Positions 52,812 through 61,442 of a DNA stretch of 64,000 nucleotides are shown piece by piece (the stretch's first letter is position 1; each line of letters opens with the position of its first letter). This stretch comes from an uncultured Acidobacteriaceae bacterium (GTDB lineage: Bacteria > Acidobacteriota > Terriglobia > Terriglobales > Acidobacteriaceae): NCBI GenBank assembly GCA_963820295.1, contig CAWFZI010000027.1:124954-188953 (forward strand), written 5' to 3'. A program made the position numbers and the translations under genes. Under the pieces are notes generated by a model. It made no database searches, was not told the origin of the DNA, and saw nothing but the letters and a program-made list of their open reading frames with translations.

Positions 52812-53516
52812 GTGGATACACAGACTCGTCATGCCCTGAAGGGCGATAAATTTGCCCAGGCCACCCAAAGCGGTGTGACCTGGTTGAGCGGCCATCGTTC
52901 CGGCGTGGTGCGCGTGGTGATTGCGGCTGTTGTTCTTGTTCTTGTGCTTGTGGGCGCGGGAGTCTTTGTGGGGATGCGCGCGTCGGCTGCGAATACGGCG
53001 CTGGGCGCGGCTTTGGATGTGTATTCGGCGCCGTTGTTGCCGGCCGGTGCTCCCCCTGAGCCGGGGATCTACAAGACGGCGGCGGAGCGAGCGAAGGCCG
53101 CGAACCAGCAGTTTGTGGCAGTGGCGGACGAGTATGGCTGGCTGCCTGCGGGCAGCAAGGCGCACTACTTTGCCGGTGTTACGTACGAGGATATGGGGCA
53201 GAATGGGCAGGCGGAGACGGAGCTGAAGAAGGCCGCCGACGCATGGGATCGCAATCTGGCGAATCTTGCCAAGCTGGCGCTTGCCGGGCTGTACCATCAG
53301 ACCAATCGCGACGCGCAGGCCATCGAACTTTACAACGCAGTCGCAGCGAAGCCTTCGGTGACGGTATCGGCCGGAGTGGCGCAGCTGGACCTGGCCGACC
53401 TCTATGTGGCGCAGGGTAAGCGCGACCAGGCCCGGCTTTTGTGGGCCAAGGTGAAGGATGCCGATAAGGATGGCGCTGCCGGTTCGATTGCAGCGCAGAA
53501 GCTTGCCGGCCAGTAA
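52812..53516 (+). CDS. Membrane-anchored tetratricopeptide-repeat protein (YfgM-like)
   Basis: 234 aa with a GTG start. One TM helix is followed by TPR-like helices. Confidence 0.55.
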   Translation: MDTQTRHALKGDKFAQATQSGVTWLSGHRSGVVRVVIAAVVLVLVLVGAGVFVGMRASAANTALGAALDVYSAPLLPAGAPPEPGIYKTAAERAKAANQQFVAVADEYGWLPAGSKAHYFAGVTYEDMGQNGQAETELKKAADAWDRNLANLAKLALAGLYHQTNRDAQAIELYNAVAAKPSVTVSAGVAQLDLADLYVAQGKRDQARLLWAKVKDADKDGAAGSIAAQKLAGQ

Positions 53517-53671
53517 GAGCGGATCGGACACCTAAGGACAAGCGCATCGAGATATTCGACTGAGGCGAGCCGGCTGGCGACTGGATGCCCAGGGCGATTG
53601 GATTTGGGGTCGGGCCGATCTGGGCCGACGGATTTGAGCATTTTCTCCGGGGTTTGCGTCTATCGGTTGGT

Positions 53672-54265
53672 ATGAGCGCGAGCCAAACCGTATTCGCAGG
53701 TTGGATGGACAGCGCACCCGGCGCGGTCGAGAACGAGGCTTGCGGCCAAGTGGAAGAGGAAGCACTGGAAGCCCTGGTCGATCAGTACGCGTCGACCCTC
53801 TACCGGGTCGCCTTCTCGATCGTGCGCAACGCCTCGGACGCCGAAGATGCAGTGCAGGAAACATTCTTGCGTGTGCTGCGGCACCGGGAAACGCTGGGTG
53901 AGATCCGCGATCACCGTGTCTGGTTGATTCGCATCGTCTGGAATATTGTGCTGGACCGCAAGCGGCGGGCAAAGACGCGTCCGGAGACGGACGACGTGGC
54001 CGAACTGGCGCGGGTGCTGCCCTCGAGCGGGATGAGCGCGGAACAGCGCGCGGCCGCGGCACAGCATCATGCGCACGTGCTGGCCTGCGTTGAAGAGCTG
54101 CCGGCAAAAGAGCGCGAAGTGATGATGTTGTCGGCATTCGAAGAGCTCACGAGTGTGGAGATCGCGGAGGTTCTGGGCATTACCGAATCGAGCGTCCGTT
54201 CCCGACTGTTTCGTGCGCGCAACCTGATGGCCGACTTGCTGCACCATGCTAGGAGTCTGCGATGA
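53672..54265 (+). CDS. ECF-type RNA polymerase sigma factor
   Basis: DAEDAVQETFLRV region 2 and LPAKEREVMMLSAFEELTSVEIAEVLGITESSVRSRLFRAR region 4. The start is uncertain. Confidence 0.8.
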   Translation: MSASQTVFAGWMDSAPGAVENEACGQVEEEALEALVDQYASTLYRVAFSIVRNASDAEDAVQETFLRVLRHRETLGEIRDHRVWLIRIVWNIVLDRKRRAKTRPETDDVAELARVLPSSGMSAEQRAAAAQHHAHVLACVEELPAKEREVMMLSAFEELTSVEIAEVLGITESSVRSRLFRARNLMADLLHHARSLR

Positions 54266-54780
54266 ACTCGCGATCTGAAGTCAATCGTTCACACACAAAT
54301 CATGCAAGCAGCGGAGAGGCTGAAAGCACGCTGCGCCTGATCGCCGGATTACCTGCGCCGGATGGTCTGGAGGAGCGCGTGAAGACTGCACTGCACAGCA
54401 AGGCAGCTGTCCGGCGAGCGGGAACTCTTTTGGAGTGGCCGTCTGGCGCGCGAGGCTGGCTGCACTCCACTTTTGTGCGCAGTGCTGCGGCTGCGGCTAT
54501 TGTGTGCGTGGTGGCTGGCGGCGGCTGGGGAGTGTACCAGCACGCGCAGCCGAAAGAATCGCCGCTTGCTTTGCCGCATGTGGGCGCGCCGGGTGGGTTC
54601 TCTTCTGCGAATGCAATGCGCACCCCGAAGACATTGGATGCCCCGGTATTGACGCATCCAGTGAAAAGCGCGGCAGCTGAACCACCCAAGACAGCGAAGA
54701 AGGTGCAGGAGCCGAAGAAGAAGGCAGCGGGGAAGTCCGCCGTTGAAAAGCCGGCAATAGAGAAGCCGGCAGTCCGGTAA
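54262..54780 (+). CDS. Putative membrane-anchored anti-sigma factor
   Basis: ATGA overlap with the sigma gene. A single central TM helix (AAAAAIVCVVAGGGWGVY). Confidence 0.5.
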   Translation: MNSRSEVNRSHTNHASSGEAESTLRLIAGLPAPDGLEERVKTALHSKAAVRRAGTLLEWPSGARGWLHSTFVRSAAAAAIVCVVAGGGWGVYQHAQPKESPLALPHVGAPGGFSSANAMRTPKTLDAPVLTHPVKSAAAEPPKTAKKVQEPKKKAAGKSAVEKPAIEKPAVR

Positions 54781-54814
54781 GGTTGCTGCGGCTCAGGTCG
54801 CACCCACGCTGCGC

Positions 54815-55156
54815 TTATTCTTTCGAGAAGGCGCCAATTACGAGGCTGATCAGAGCCAGGACCGCAGCGCCCCAGAACGCAGGGGCCCATCCGTAAACAT
54901 AGAATCCGCCGACCAGGCTTGAGGCGAGCCGGATCATCGCGGCGTTAATGACGAGCAGGAAAACGCCGAAGGTGAGCAGGGCGAAGGGAAACGTGATGAG
55001 CTTGAGCAGCGCGCCCAACGTCGCGTTGAGGAGTCCAATCACGAGGGCGGCCACCAGAGCGGCCTGCATACCGGTGACAAAGAAGCCGGGCACGATGCGC
55101 GAGACGAGCAGCAATGCGATGGCGCTCAGCACCCAGTGAATGATCATTCGGAACAT
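54815..55156 (-). CDS. 4-TM membrane protein of the phage-holin-4_2 / DUF360 family
   Basis: MFRMIIHWVLSAIALLLVSRIVPGFFV...LLNATLGALLK...LLVINAAMI pattern. Confidence 0.6.
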   Translation of the reverse strand: MFRMIIHWVLSAIALLLVSRIVPGFFVTGMQAALVAALVIGLLNATLGALLKLITFPFALLTFGVFLLVINAAMIRLASSLVGGFYVYGWAPAFWGAAVLALISLVIGAFSKE

Positions 55157-55286
55157 CGTTGGTTTTCCTTTCAGTCGGCAGCGCAAAAGAGCCAATTGTA
55201 ACGGTATAGCATGTCATCGAGAAGATTGAATGCCGCAAAGGTACTCCCAGCCCAGACCCTTTGGATTCCTATCCGTGCAAACGAAG

Positions 55287-56192
55287 ATGATTAGAACCGC
55301 CGCAGCAGAGCGAGAGTGGCGGCGTACGCGAGTCTGCCTGCCCGATTCTCTGCTGGTTTGGGCTGCGATGTTTGTTCTTGCATTGGGAGCGGCGGCCGCG
55401 GAGCAAAAGGTGCAGCCAGGCGCGAAACCGGCGTCTTCCAGCGGTGCTTTGCCGGATATTCGACAGTTGATGCAGCAGGTTCAGGCGCATCAGCGCGAGC
55501 TGGACAAGCTGCGTGAGTCGTACACGTTCAGCTCGCTTGAGACAACCGAGCAGATCGATGCGGACGGGCATGTAAAGAAGACGGAGACGCAGGAGCACGA
55601 GGATTTTTTCGTACATGGGCACCTTGTGCAGCGGCTGGTGAAGCGCGATGGCCAGGCGCTGAGTGCGCATGACGAGCAGAAGGAAACCGAGCGGGTGACG
55701 AAGATGGTGGAGAAGGCCGAGCAGACTCCACCGGGCCAACCGCTGGAGGGGCCGTCGATCAGCGTGAGCCGCCTGCTCGAGATCATGGACGTACGCAACG
55801 AGCGACGGGCGATGTTTCGCGGGCGGCCAACAATTGTGTTCGACTTTGTGGGCCGGAAGGATGCCAAGACTCATGGGCTGGCCGAGGATGCTTCGAAGAA
55901 GCTGGAGGGAACGGTCTGGGTGGACGAGGCCGACCGGCAGGTAGCGCATCTCGAAGTGAGTTTCATCGATAACTTTCATGTGCTGGGCGGGCTGTTCGCG
56001 AACATTCAGAAGGGCTCGAATTTCCGTTTCGACCAGTCGCAGATCAATGGGGAGTTGTGGCTGCCGACCGGTGGCGAGGGGACGTTTCTGGCGCGGGTGC
56101 TGCTGGTGAAGAATATGCGCCAGCATTTTGTGGAGCGCGATTTCGACTACAAGCGGTTTCGGGTAGAGACGCAGCAGGGAAAGCCCAACTGA
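55287..56192 (+). CDS. Secreted hypothetical protein (possibly LolA/RseB-like fold)
   Basis: TM/signal segment LLVWAAMFVLALGAAAA. The fold guess rests only on overall composition and beta-rich C-terminal pattern. Confidence 0.45.
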   Translation: MIRTAAAEREWRRTRVCLPDSLLVWAAMFVLALGAAAAEQKVQPGAKPASSSGALPDIRQLMQQVQAHQRELDKLRESYTFSSLETTEQIDADGHVKKTETQEHEDFFVHGHLVQRLVKRDGQALSAHDEQKETERVTKMVEKAEQTPPGQPLEGPSISVSRLLEIMDVRNERRAMFRGRPTIVFDFVGRKDAKTHGLAEDASKKLEGTVWVDEADRQVAHLEVSFIDNFHVLGGLFANIQKGSNFRFDQSQINGELWLPTGGEGTFLARVLLVKNMRQHFVERDFDYKRFRVETQQGKPN

Positions 56193-56223
56193 GTGGGCAG
56201 TGCGCCGCTGTAAAGTTGAATTC

Positions 56224-56484
56224 ATGTTTGCGCGGAAGATCTCAGTGCAGAGGGTGGATGTGGCCGGAGAGCGGCACGCTTGCCCGGTGAAGTGGATCGA
56301 CAACTTTGCCATGCGCAACTTCACGAACGATGCAATCTTCGACGACACCTTGCCTGCCGGCGATGGGCTGCTGGAGGCGGGTTATCGCGTGCCGCTGGAC
56401 CGGCTTGGGACGGCGATGGAGGATTGGTTTCGTCGGAAAGGGTATTTGCGCGCAGAGGAGCGGTTGGAGGTGCGGGAGTTGTGA
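56224..56484 (+). CDS. Small hypothetical protein
   Basis: 86-aa ORF. I recognise no family. Confidence 0.3.
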   Translation: MFARKISVQRVDVAGERHACPVKWIDNFAMRNFTNDAIFDDTLPAGDGLLEAGYRVPLDRLGTAMEDWFRRKGYLRAEERLEVREL

Positions 56485-56525
56485 GGGGTTTTCGCCCCTG
56501 GATTTCGGAGTGGCCGGTAGGGATC

Positions 56526-56818
56526 TAGCTTCCCGGGTCCCCAGAAAACGGGAGAGCCCGAACAGCGGATCCTTCGCCCCGCATACCCCAATCGCACTTG
56601 CGTGCGACCGGGGCCCCAGACGCGCGGGCTCTCAGGATGACACCGCATGGGGAAGTTGAGAGCTGGGGACGACAGGTGGCTTCGTGCGGATGGGATGGAT
56701 CCAGCTTTCCCTGGTCCTCAGAAAACGGGAGAGCCCGAACAGCGGATCCTTCGCCCCGCATACCCCAATCGCACTTGCGTGCGACCGGGGCCCCAAGCTG
56801 CTCCGCTCAGGATGACAA
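56526..56818 (-). repeat. Tandem duplication (period about 177 bp, 1.7 copies) of a composite element: A half-site + long C + linker module
   Basis: 56526-56652 and 56701-56818 are near-identical. The linker GCATGGGGAAG...CAGGTGGCTTCGTGCGGATGGGATG also occurs at 59210-59262. Confidence 0.7.
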
Positions 56819-56836
56819 TTCGTCGTTCCGGCTCAG

Positions 56837-57292
56837 TCAGGCGGCCTCCTGCTTTGTTTCGTTGCCGGTCCAGAGGTGGAACTCCGCGGCGCGGCGTGCT
56901 TTGAGGGCTGCGACTTGGTGCGTGCCGGCGTGATCCCAGCGCAATAATTCCTGTGCCGCGACGTCGAATTTGCCGGCATTCAGGGTATGCAGAAGCGTTG
57001 AGCCGGCGAGGCGGCTGGAGCCGAGGTTGAAGGTGAAGTCGACGAGCGCATCGAATTGGCCTTGGGTGAGATCGACGCGGACGAGGCGGGAGACAGCCTG
57101 CTCGGCCTCGCGGACGTCCCAGAGAAGGATGACACTGGCTTCGGTTTCGCTGATGCCGCTGGGGTAGCACTCGTGGTGTTCGAGGCAGTGGCCGTAGCCG
57201 ATGGTTGGGTGGCCGGCGATGTCGAGATAGGTGTTGCTGCGAAAGCCTTCGGACTGCTTGATCGGGCTGAGGCCTGCTGCGCTGAGTTGCAT
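56837..57292 (-). CDS. GH24 phage-type lysozyme (muramidase) without a signal peptide
   Basis: 151 aa. The KQSEGFRSNTYLDIAGHPTIGYGH block has E, D(+9), T(+6) spacing as in T4 lysozyme. Confidence 0.85.
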   Translation of the reverse strand: MQLSAAGLSPIKQSEGFRSNTYLDIAGHPTIGYGHCLEHHECYPSGISETEASVILLWDVREAEQAVSRLVRVDLTQGQFDALVDFTFNLGSSRLAGSTLLHTLNAGKFDVAAQELLRWDHAGTHQVAALKARRAAEFHLWTGNETKQEAA

Positions 57293-57303
57293 GTTTCCTC
57301 CTC

Positions 57304-57332
57304 AAAAAGAAAAGCCACCCGAGGCGGGTGGC
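57304..57332 (-). terminator. Intrinsic-terminator-like hairpin abutting the lysozyme RBS
   Basis: On the minus strand: GCCACCCG-CCT-CGGGTGGC then TTTTCTTTTT, then GAGGAGGAAACATG. Confidence 0.55.
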
Positions 57333-57358
57333 GATGATTGAAGTGACGTCAATGCTGC

Positions 57359-57425
57359 GGGCCTAAAGGCCCTCATACTGTCAGAGCCGCTTCTTTCGTG
57401 GGGCTAAAGCCCCACGCTCCCTCCG
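57359..57425 (+). repeat. Repeat family D
   Basis: GGGCCTAAAGGCCC...GGGGCTAAAGCCCCACGCTCCCTCCGC. Confidence 0.5.
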
Positions 57426-57566
57426 CTCATTTCCCTGCGGATTTCTGGAGTGGCTCGGATTAATCCAGTCTTGCATGGTCCCACCCAACGTTCGTTCTGA
57501 CTGCCGTGGTCCGCTTCAGATCTAACGCTAGCAGGGATGCGGAAATAATCTGCAAACGAATGGGAT

Positions 57567-58106
57567 CTAGTGAGGAGGAGGCAGGGGCGGACGGCCTGTG
57601 ATGGCGAGGAACTGGGTGAGAACGGCGGTGAGGGCCTGATCGAAGTTGCGGTCGTGGGTTTTCTGGAGCACGGCGAGCTCGATGGACTCGGTGATGGTCC
57701 AGAGGACGTAGTGAGATTTGCGGTCGTAGATGATGAGGCGGAACATGGGGCGGGGGTTGGCGGTTCCGTTCTGCTTGTTGTCGTTCGAGGGGCCGGCAGG
57801 AGCAATCAAGCTGAGCTCGAGGACGAGATCGGCCTGGGAAGGGTCGCTGACCAGAGCGAAGGCGCCGGTGGCTTTGAGGCTGTTGTAGAACTCGATGTAG
57901 CCGCGATCGGTGTCGCCGGAAAACGGCGATGGAAAGAGGCCGCTGTCGGCTCCGGCATTGGAGACAAAGACGGTGCGGGCAGCTCCGAGGAAGGGCGGAA
58001 GGGGCGGCAGAGGGTCGACCGGCTGCTGGGCGAGGGTGGGGAGCGGGGTGAGAATGGGGGCGAGGACCAAGGCAACAAGACAGCAGAATTTTGCGGGACT
58101 GAGCAC
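57567..58106 (-). CDS. Secreted hypothetical protein
   Basis: 179 aa. Signal peptide MLSPAKFCCLVALVLAPILTPLPTLAQ. Confidence 0.5.
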   Translation of the reverse strand: MLSPAKFCCLVALVLAPILTPLPTLAQQPVDPLPPLPPFLGAARTVFVSNAGADSGLFPSPFSGDTDRGYIEFYNSLKATGAFALVSDPSQADLVLELSLIAPAGPSNDNKQNGTANPRPMFRLIIYDRKSHYVLWTITESIELAVLQKTHDRNFDQALTAVLTQFLAITGRPPLPPPH

Positions 58107-58458
58107 GGGGTGTTCCCTCCGATTTCTGTGGAAAAGGACGGGAGCGGGGAGCGAAATGTTTCTGTACGGTGAACCGCGGCGCGTGATAGGCTTGCGCGAT
58201 CAGAGGATGGAAGCCTGGTTTTGAGGCATTCCAGCCCTGACGGCGGACCGAATTTCGAGGCTTTTTGGGTATGAAGTCTCACAGTCCGGCACGGTCTATA
58301 TGCACCATTTTTGGTGCACCTTGCAAGCCTTTACGGGCGTAGGGTTTAGGACGGAAAAACCCCACTTCCGGTGCTTTCCAGGCCTTGGATCTCCCTGTTG
58401 TATCTCTCTTGAATAGTTGAGGTTACTAGTGTCGAACTAGTAAAATGGAGGGATGCTA

Positions 58459-58986
58459 ATGAGACAAAACGCGAACAACGCGAACCGGAAAGATCCTGTC
58501 CAGTTTTGGTTGCTGGTAGGAGCTTCCTGCATAGCGCTGGCGGGTGTGGTTCTGACCGTACCGGTTCGGACCGTGCAAGCCGATGCTGTTCTGTCCCGAC
58601 CGGCGGCTACTGCTCCCCCTGCATCGCCGGTTCTGAGCCCCACCCCTGTGGTGAAGGCGCAATCCACCCCCGTCAAACTGCTGCACGGCTTTGCTTCCTG
58701 GTATGGAGGAGTTTTCAATGGACGGCAAACAGCGAGCGGCGAAATTTTCGATCAGAACGAGATGACGGCTTGTCACCCGACGCTTCCTTTTGGAACGCGG
58801 GTGAAGGTGATGAACACGAGGAACCACAAGTCGGTTGTGGTGCGGATCACGGATCGAGGGCTGTTGTACGGACGGCGGGTGATCGACCTGTCGTACGCCG
58901 CGGCGGCGAAGATCGGAATGACCGAGGTTGGGGTTGCGCCGGTGACGATCCAGGTTTTGAACCCCGGACAGGTGGAGACGAATTAA
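58459..58986 (+). CDS. rlpA: RlpA-family (DPBB) septal lytic transglycosylase-like protein
   Basis: GFASWYGGVFNGRQTASGEIFD...RVKVMN...VVVRITDRG. The start is 58453 or 58459. Confidence 0.8.
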   Translation: MRQNANNANRKDPVQFWLLVGASCIALAGVVLTVPVRTVQADAVLSRPAATAPPASPVLSPTPVVKAQSTPVKLLHGFASWYGGVFNGRQTASGEIFDQNEMTACHPTLPFGTRVKVMNTRNHKSVVVRITDRGLLYGRRVIDLSYAAAAKIGMTEVGVAPVTIQVLNPGQVETN

Positions 58987-59129
58987 GCGAAAGGAAAGAT
59001 GAAAGTGCGACGGCCAGCCTGCGGGCTGGCCGTTTTGCGTTTTGGGTCGGTGTTTGAAGTTCGTGCTTTCTCACCTCTCAGAATCGAGACATGGGGCATT
59101 TTCGTGCTGATTGCGGCTTTTCCAAGACA

Positions 59130-59208
59130 ACAGCAGATCCTTCGCTCGGCTTACCCCGATCGCACTACGCGCAATCGGGACCCCAAGCGCGCCGAGGCTC
59201 AGGATGAC
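59130..59208 (-). repeat. Repeat family C, long form
   Basis: CAGCAGATCCTTCGCTCGGCTTACCCC...CTCAGGATGACA. Confidence 0.6.
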
Positions 59209-59270
59209 ATTGCATGGGGGAGCGGAAAGCTAAGGACGGCAGGTGGCTTCGCGGGGCTGGGATGATTTAG

Positions 59271-59327
59271 TTCCTCCCTGGTCTCCAAATGCTAGAGACC
59301 AGGGGCACCCCTTTTCGTGGGGATTGA
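59271..59327 (-). repeat. Repeat family A hairpin
   Basis: The reverse complement reads CCTCAATCCCCACGAAAAGGGGTGCCCCTGGTCTCTAGCATTTGGAGACCAGGGAGG. Confidence 0.65.
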
Positions 59328-59344
59328 GGCTTCGCTCGGTCGGG

Positions 59345-61390
59345 TTATTCGGCGTCGGGGCGCTTGTAGGGTTTTTGCAGGAGCATGCGGGCTTCGTTGA
59401 TGCCGCCCTGGGTGTTGTCGTTGGTCTGAACGGCGAGGCGGTACTCGTTGACGGCGCGATCGCGCTGGCCGGTGATGTCGAAGATTTTGCCGATTTCGAT
59501 GTGGCTCCAGACCTCGGTCCAGGCAGGCTCACCGTCGCCGCGCAGGGCGTCGCGGAAGGAGTTGACGCTGGCCTGGTAGTTGCGCTGGGTAAAGAGGAGT
59601 TCGCCAATGCGGTAGCTGGCGAGGGAGCTTTGCGGGTTCGCGGTGAGGGCCTTCTGGTATTCGGTGAGGGCGCCGTTGAGGTCTCCCTGGGCGACGAGCT
59701 GCTGGCCCTTGAGGATGGAGATGCGGACCTGCAGGTCAGGGGAGGACTTGAGCACCCAGTCGCCGGGATCGATGCTGATGTTGCGGGGGCGGCCGAAGGT
59801 GTCGACCACGAATTGGGATTCTGTACCGACGACATCGACCTTCTGGTTCACGGTTTTGCCATCGGTTTCGACGCGAATATCGACGGGCATCCGGAAGAGG
59901 TCGAGATCCTGGTTGATGAAGCCGATGGTGCGGAAGCCCTTGTTGTTGCCGAGACGGTAGACGGTGTACTTGTCGTTGAAGGTGGGCGCGCCGGTGCCGT
60001 CGACCCACTGGGCGAAGAAGGGTGTGAGCTGCTGCTGGCTCTGCGCTTCGGCCACTTTTTCGAAGTCGCTGGCGCGGATGGGCTTGTCAGTGTATTGGCT
60101 CAATGCGGCTTTGAGAGTGGCGAGGAAGGCCTTGTCGCCGATTTCGCCGCGGAGCATGTGGAAGATCATGGCGCCCTTTTCAAGGGTCATGGACTGGAAC
60201 TCGGGCGAGAAGGGGTTCAGGCGGGAGATGCTCGACAGGGGCATGGTGTCGTAGGCGAGAGCACCGGCGGAGACATCCTGCAGGGCATTGTGCAGGGCGC
60301 TGTTGCCGCTTTCTTCTTCGAGATACATGAGCTCGCCGTAGCGGGCCATGCCATTGGTGATCCAGGCATCGTTGAGGGTTCTGGGGCTGACCTCGGAGCC
60401 CCACCACTGATGAGCAATGGTGTTGGCGAGAAGGCGGACGCCGGATTTGTCGGCGATGCGTGAGCCCATGATGGCTGCGAGCTCAGGCGCCCAGGCAGCG
60501 GGGAGCGAGTCATCGGGCATTTCGACAACGGTGAGGTGCGGGGTTTCAGGCGCGCCGAAGCTGTCGGTGAAGAAGTCGTATTCCTTGGCGGCGGTTTCAG
60601 CGACCTGGTTGCCGGATGCCTGGTGGCTGACCGTGAGGTAGACCTTGACGTTGCCGGGGCCGGCTGTGAACGGGCCCAGATAGCGGCCGGCGATGACGGT
60701 GCCGGGGAAGCCGGGCTTATCCCAATTGAAATCGAATTCATCCCCGGGTTTGCCATTGGCCAGGGTGACGGATTTAGACGCGCCCTGCATGCCGCTGGCA
60801 AAAACCTTCATGCCCTGGGGCACGTTGATATGGAGCTGGGCGGTGAAGCGGTCGGTCATGAACCCCGTGGTGGGGAACCAGCGTGCGGCGTAGAGCAGAT
60901 AGGTTATGGGCTCCTGGATCGCCGCGAGCTTGAGCCCTTCGACGGGTCCGTCTTCGTTGCCGGTGATGACGCCTTCGTATTCAAAGGTCCAATGGGAGGG
61001 CTGGCCGGAGACGAAGGGCTTGGACGGTGTGACGCGGATGGTGCCGTCGGCGAGGCGTTCGCCGGTGAGCAGCTTGCCGGCGTCGTCGGTGATCTTGGTG
61101 ACTTTGAGGGCGGGATGAAAGCCGAAGCTGACCTCGTCGGCGTTCTCGGGCGCGGTGAAGGTGACTTCGGCCTTGGCGGCGATGTGGTGGGCGGCGGTGT
61201 CGAGCTCGGCGTCGATGACGTAGCCGGTGATGTCGAGGGCGGGGCGGTCGGCACGCTGGGCCGGCAGGTGTACGGCCAGGAGGCCGGCGGCAAGCAGCGG
61301 AATTGCTGCCCAACGAAGATGTGCGGGACGGAGAGAACGAGGCAGTCGGGTCAGTTTGGTCACCGGGATCTTGAGGTTTCGCAAAGACAT
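59345..61390 (-). CDS. M1-aminopeptidase-like protein with degenerate active site and C-terminal TPR domain
   Basis: The full-length M1 fold is recognisable, but HEXXH reads NTIAH and WLNEGFA reads WITNGMA. TPR repeats lie at the C-terminus. The start is uncertain (61390, 61414 or 61507). Confidence 0.75.
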   Translation of the reverse strand: MSLRNLKIPVTKLTRLPRSLRPAHLRWAAIPLLAAGLLAVHLPAQRADRPALDITGYVIDAELDTAAHHIAAKAEVTFTAPENADEVSFGFHPALKVTKITDDAGKLLTGERLADGTIRVTPSKPFVSGQPSHWTFEYEGVITGNEDGPVEGLKLAAIQEPITYLLYAARWFPTTGFMTDRFTAQLHINVPQGMKVFASGMQGASKSVTLANGKPGDEFDFNWDKPGFPGTVIAGRYLGPFTAGPGNVKVYLTVSHQASGNQVAETAAKEYDFFTDSFGAPETPHLTVVEMPDDSLPAAWAPELAAIMGSRIADKSGVRLLANTIAHQWWGSEVSPRTLNDAWITNGMARYGELMYLEEESGNSALHNALQDVSAGALAYDTMPLSSISRLNPFSPEFQSMTLEKGAMIFHMLRGEIGDKAFLATLKAALSQYTDKPIRASDFEKVAEAQSQQQLTPFFAQWVDGTGAPTFNDKYTVYRLGNNKGFRTIGFINQDLDLFRMPVDIRVETDGKTVNQKVDVVGTESQFVVDTFGRPRNISIDPGDWVLKSSPDLQVRISILKGQQLVAQGDLNGALTEYQKALTANPQSSLASYRIGELLFTQRNYQASVNSFRDALRGDGEPAWTEVWSHIEIGKIFDITGQRDRAVNEYRLAVQTNDNTQGGINEARMLLQKPYKRPDAE

Positions 61391-61442
61391 ATCGTTTCTT
61401 CTTGATTCGAACATTTTCTGGAGCGACGGTACAGGCTTCGGT

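Noticed and set aside
54815-57292. Prophage or lysis cassette (holin-family protein plus GH24 lysozyme).
   Set aside because: The two genes are 1.7 kb apart and separated by unrelated plus-strand genes. There is no integrase, capsid, tail, terminase or att-like flank. I kept only the narrower observation about the lysozyme leader.
59243-61405. ORFs 59243..60463 (+) and 60536..61405 (+), opposite the M1-like gene.
   Set aside because: These are Gly/Ala/Val/Asp-rich shadow frames. The minus-strand product aligns to the M1 fold along its whole length.
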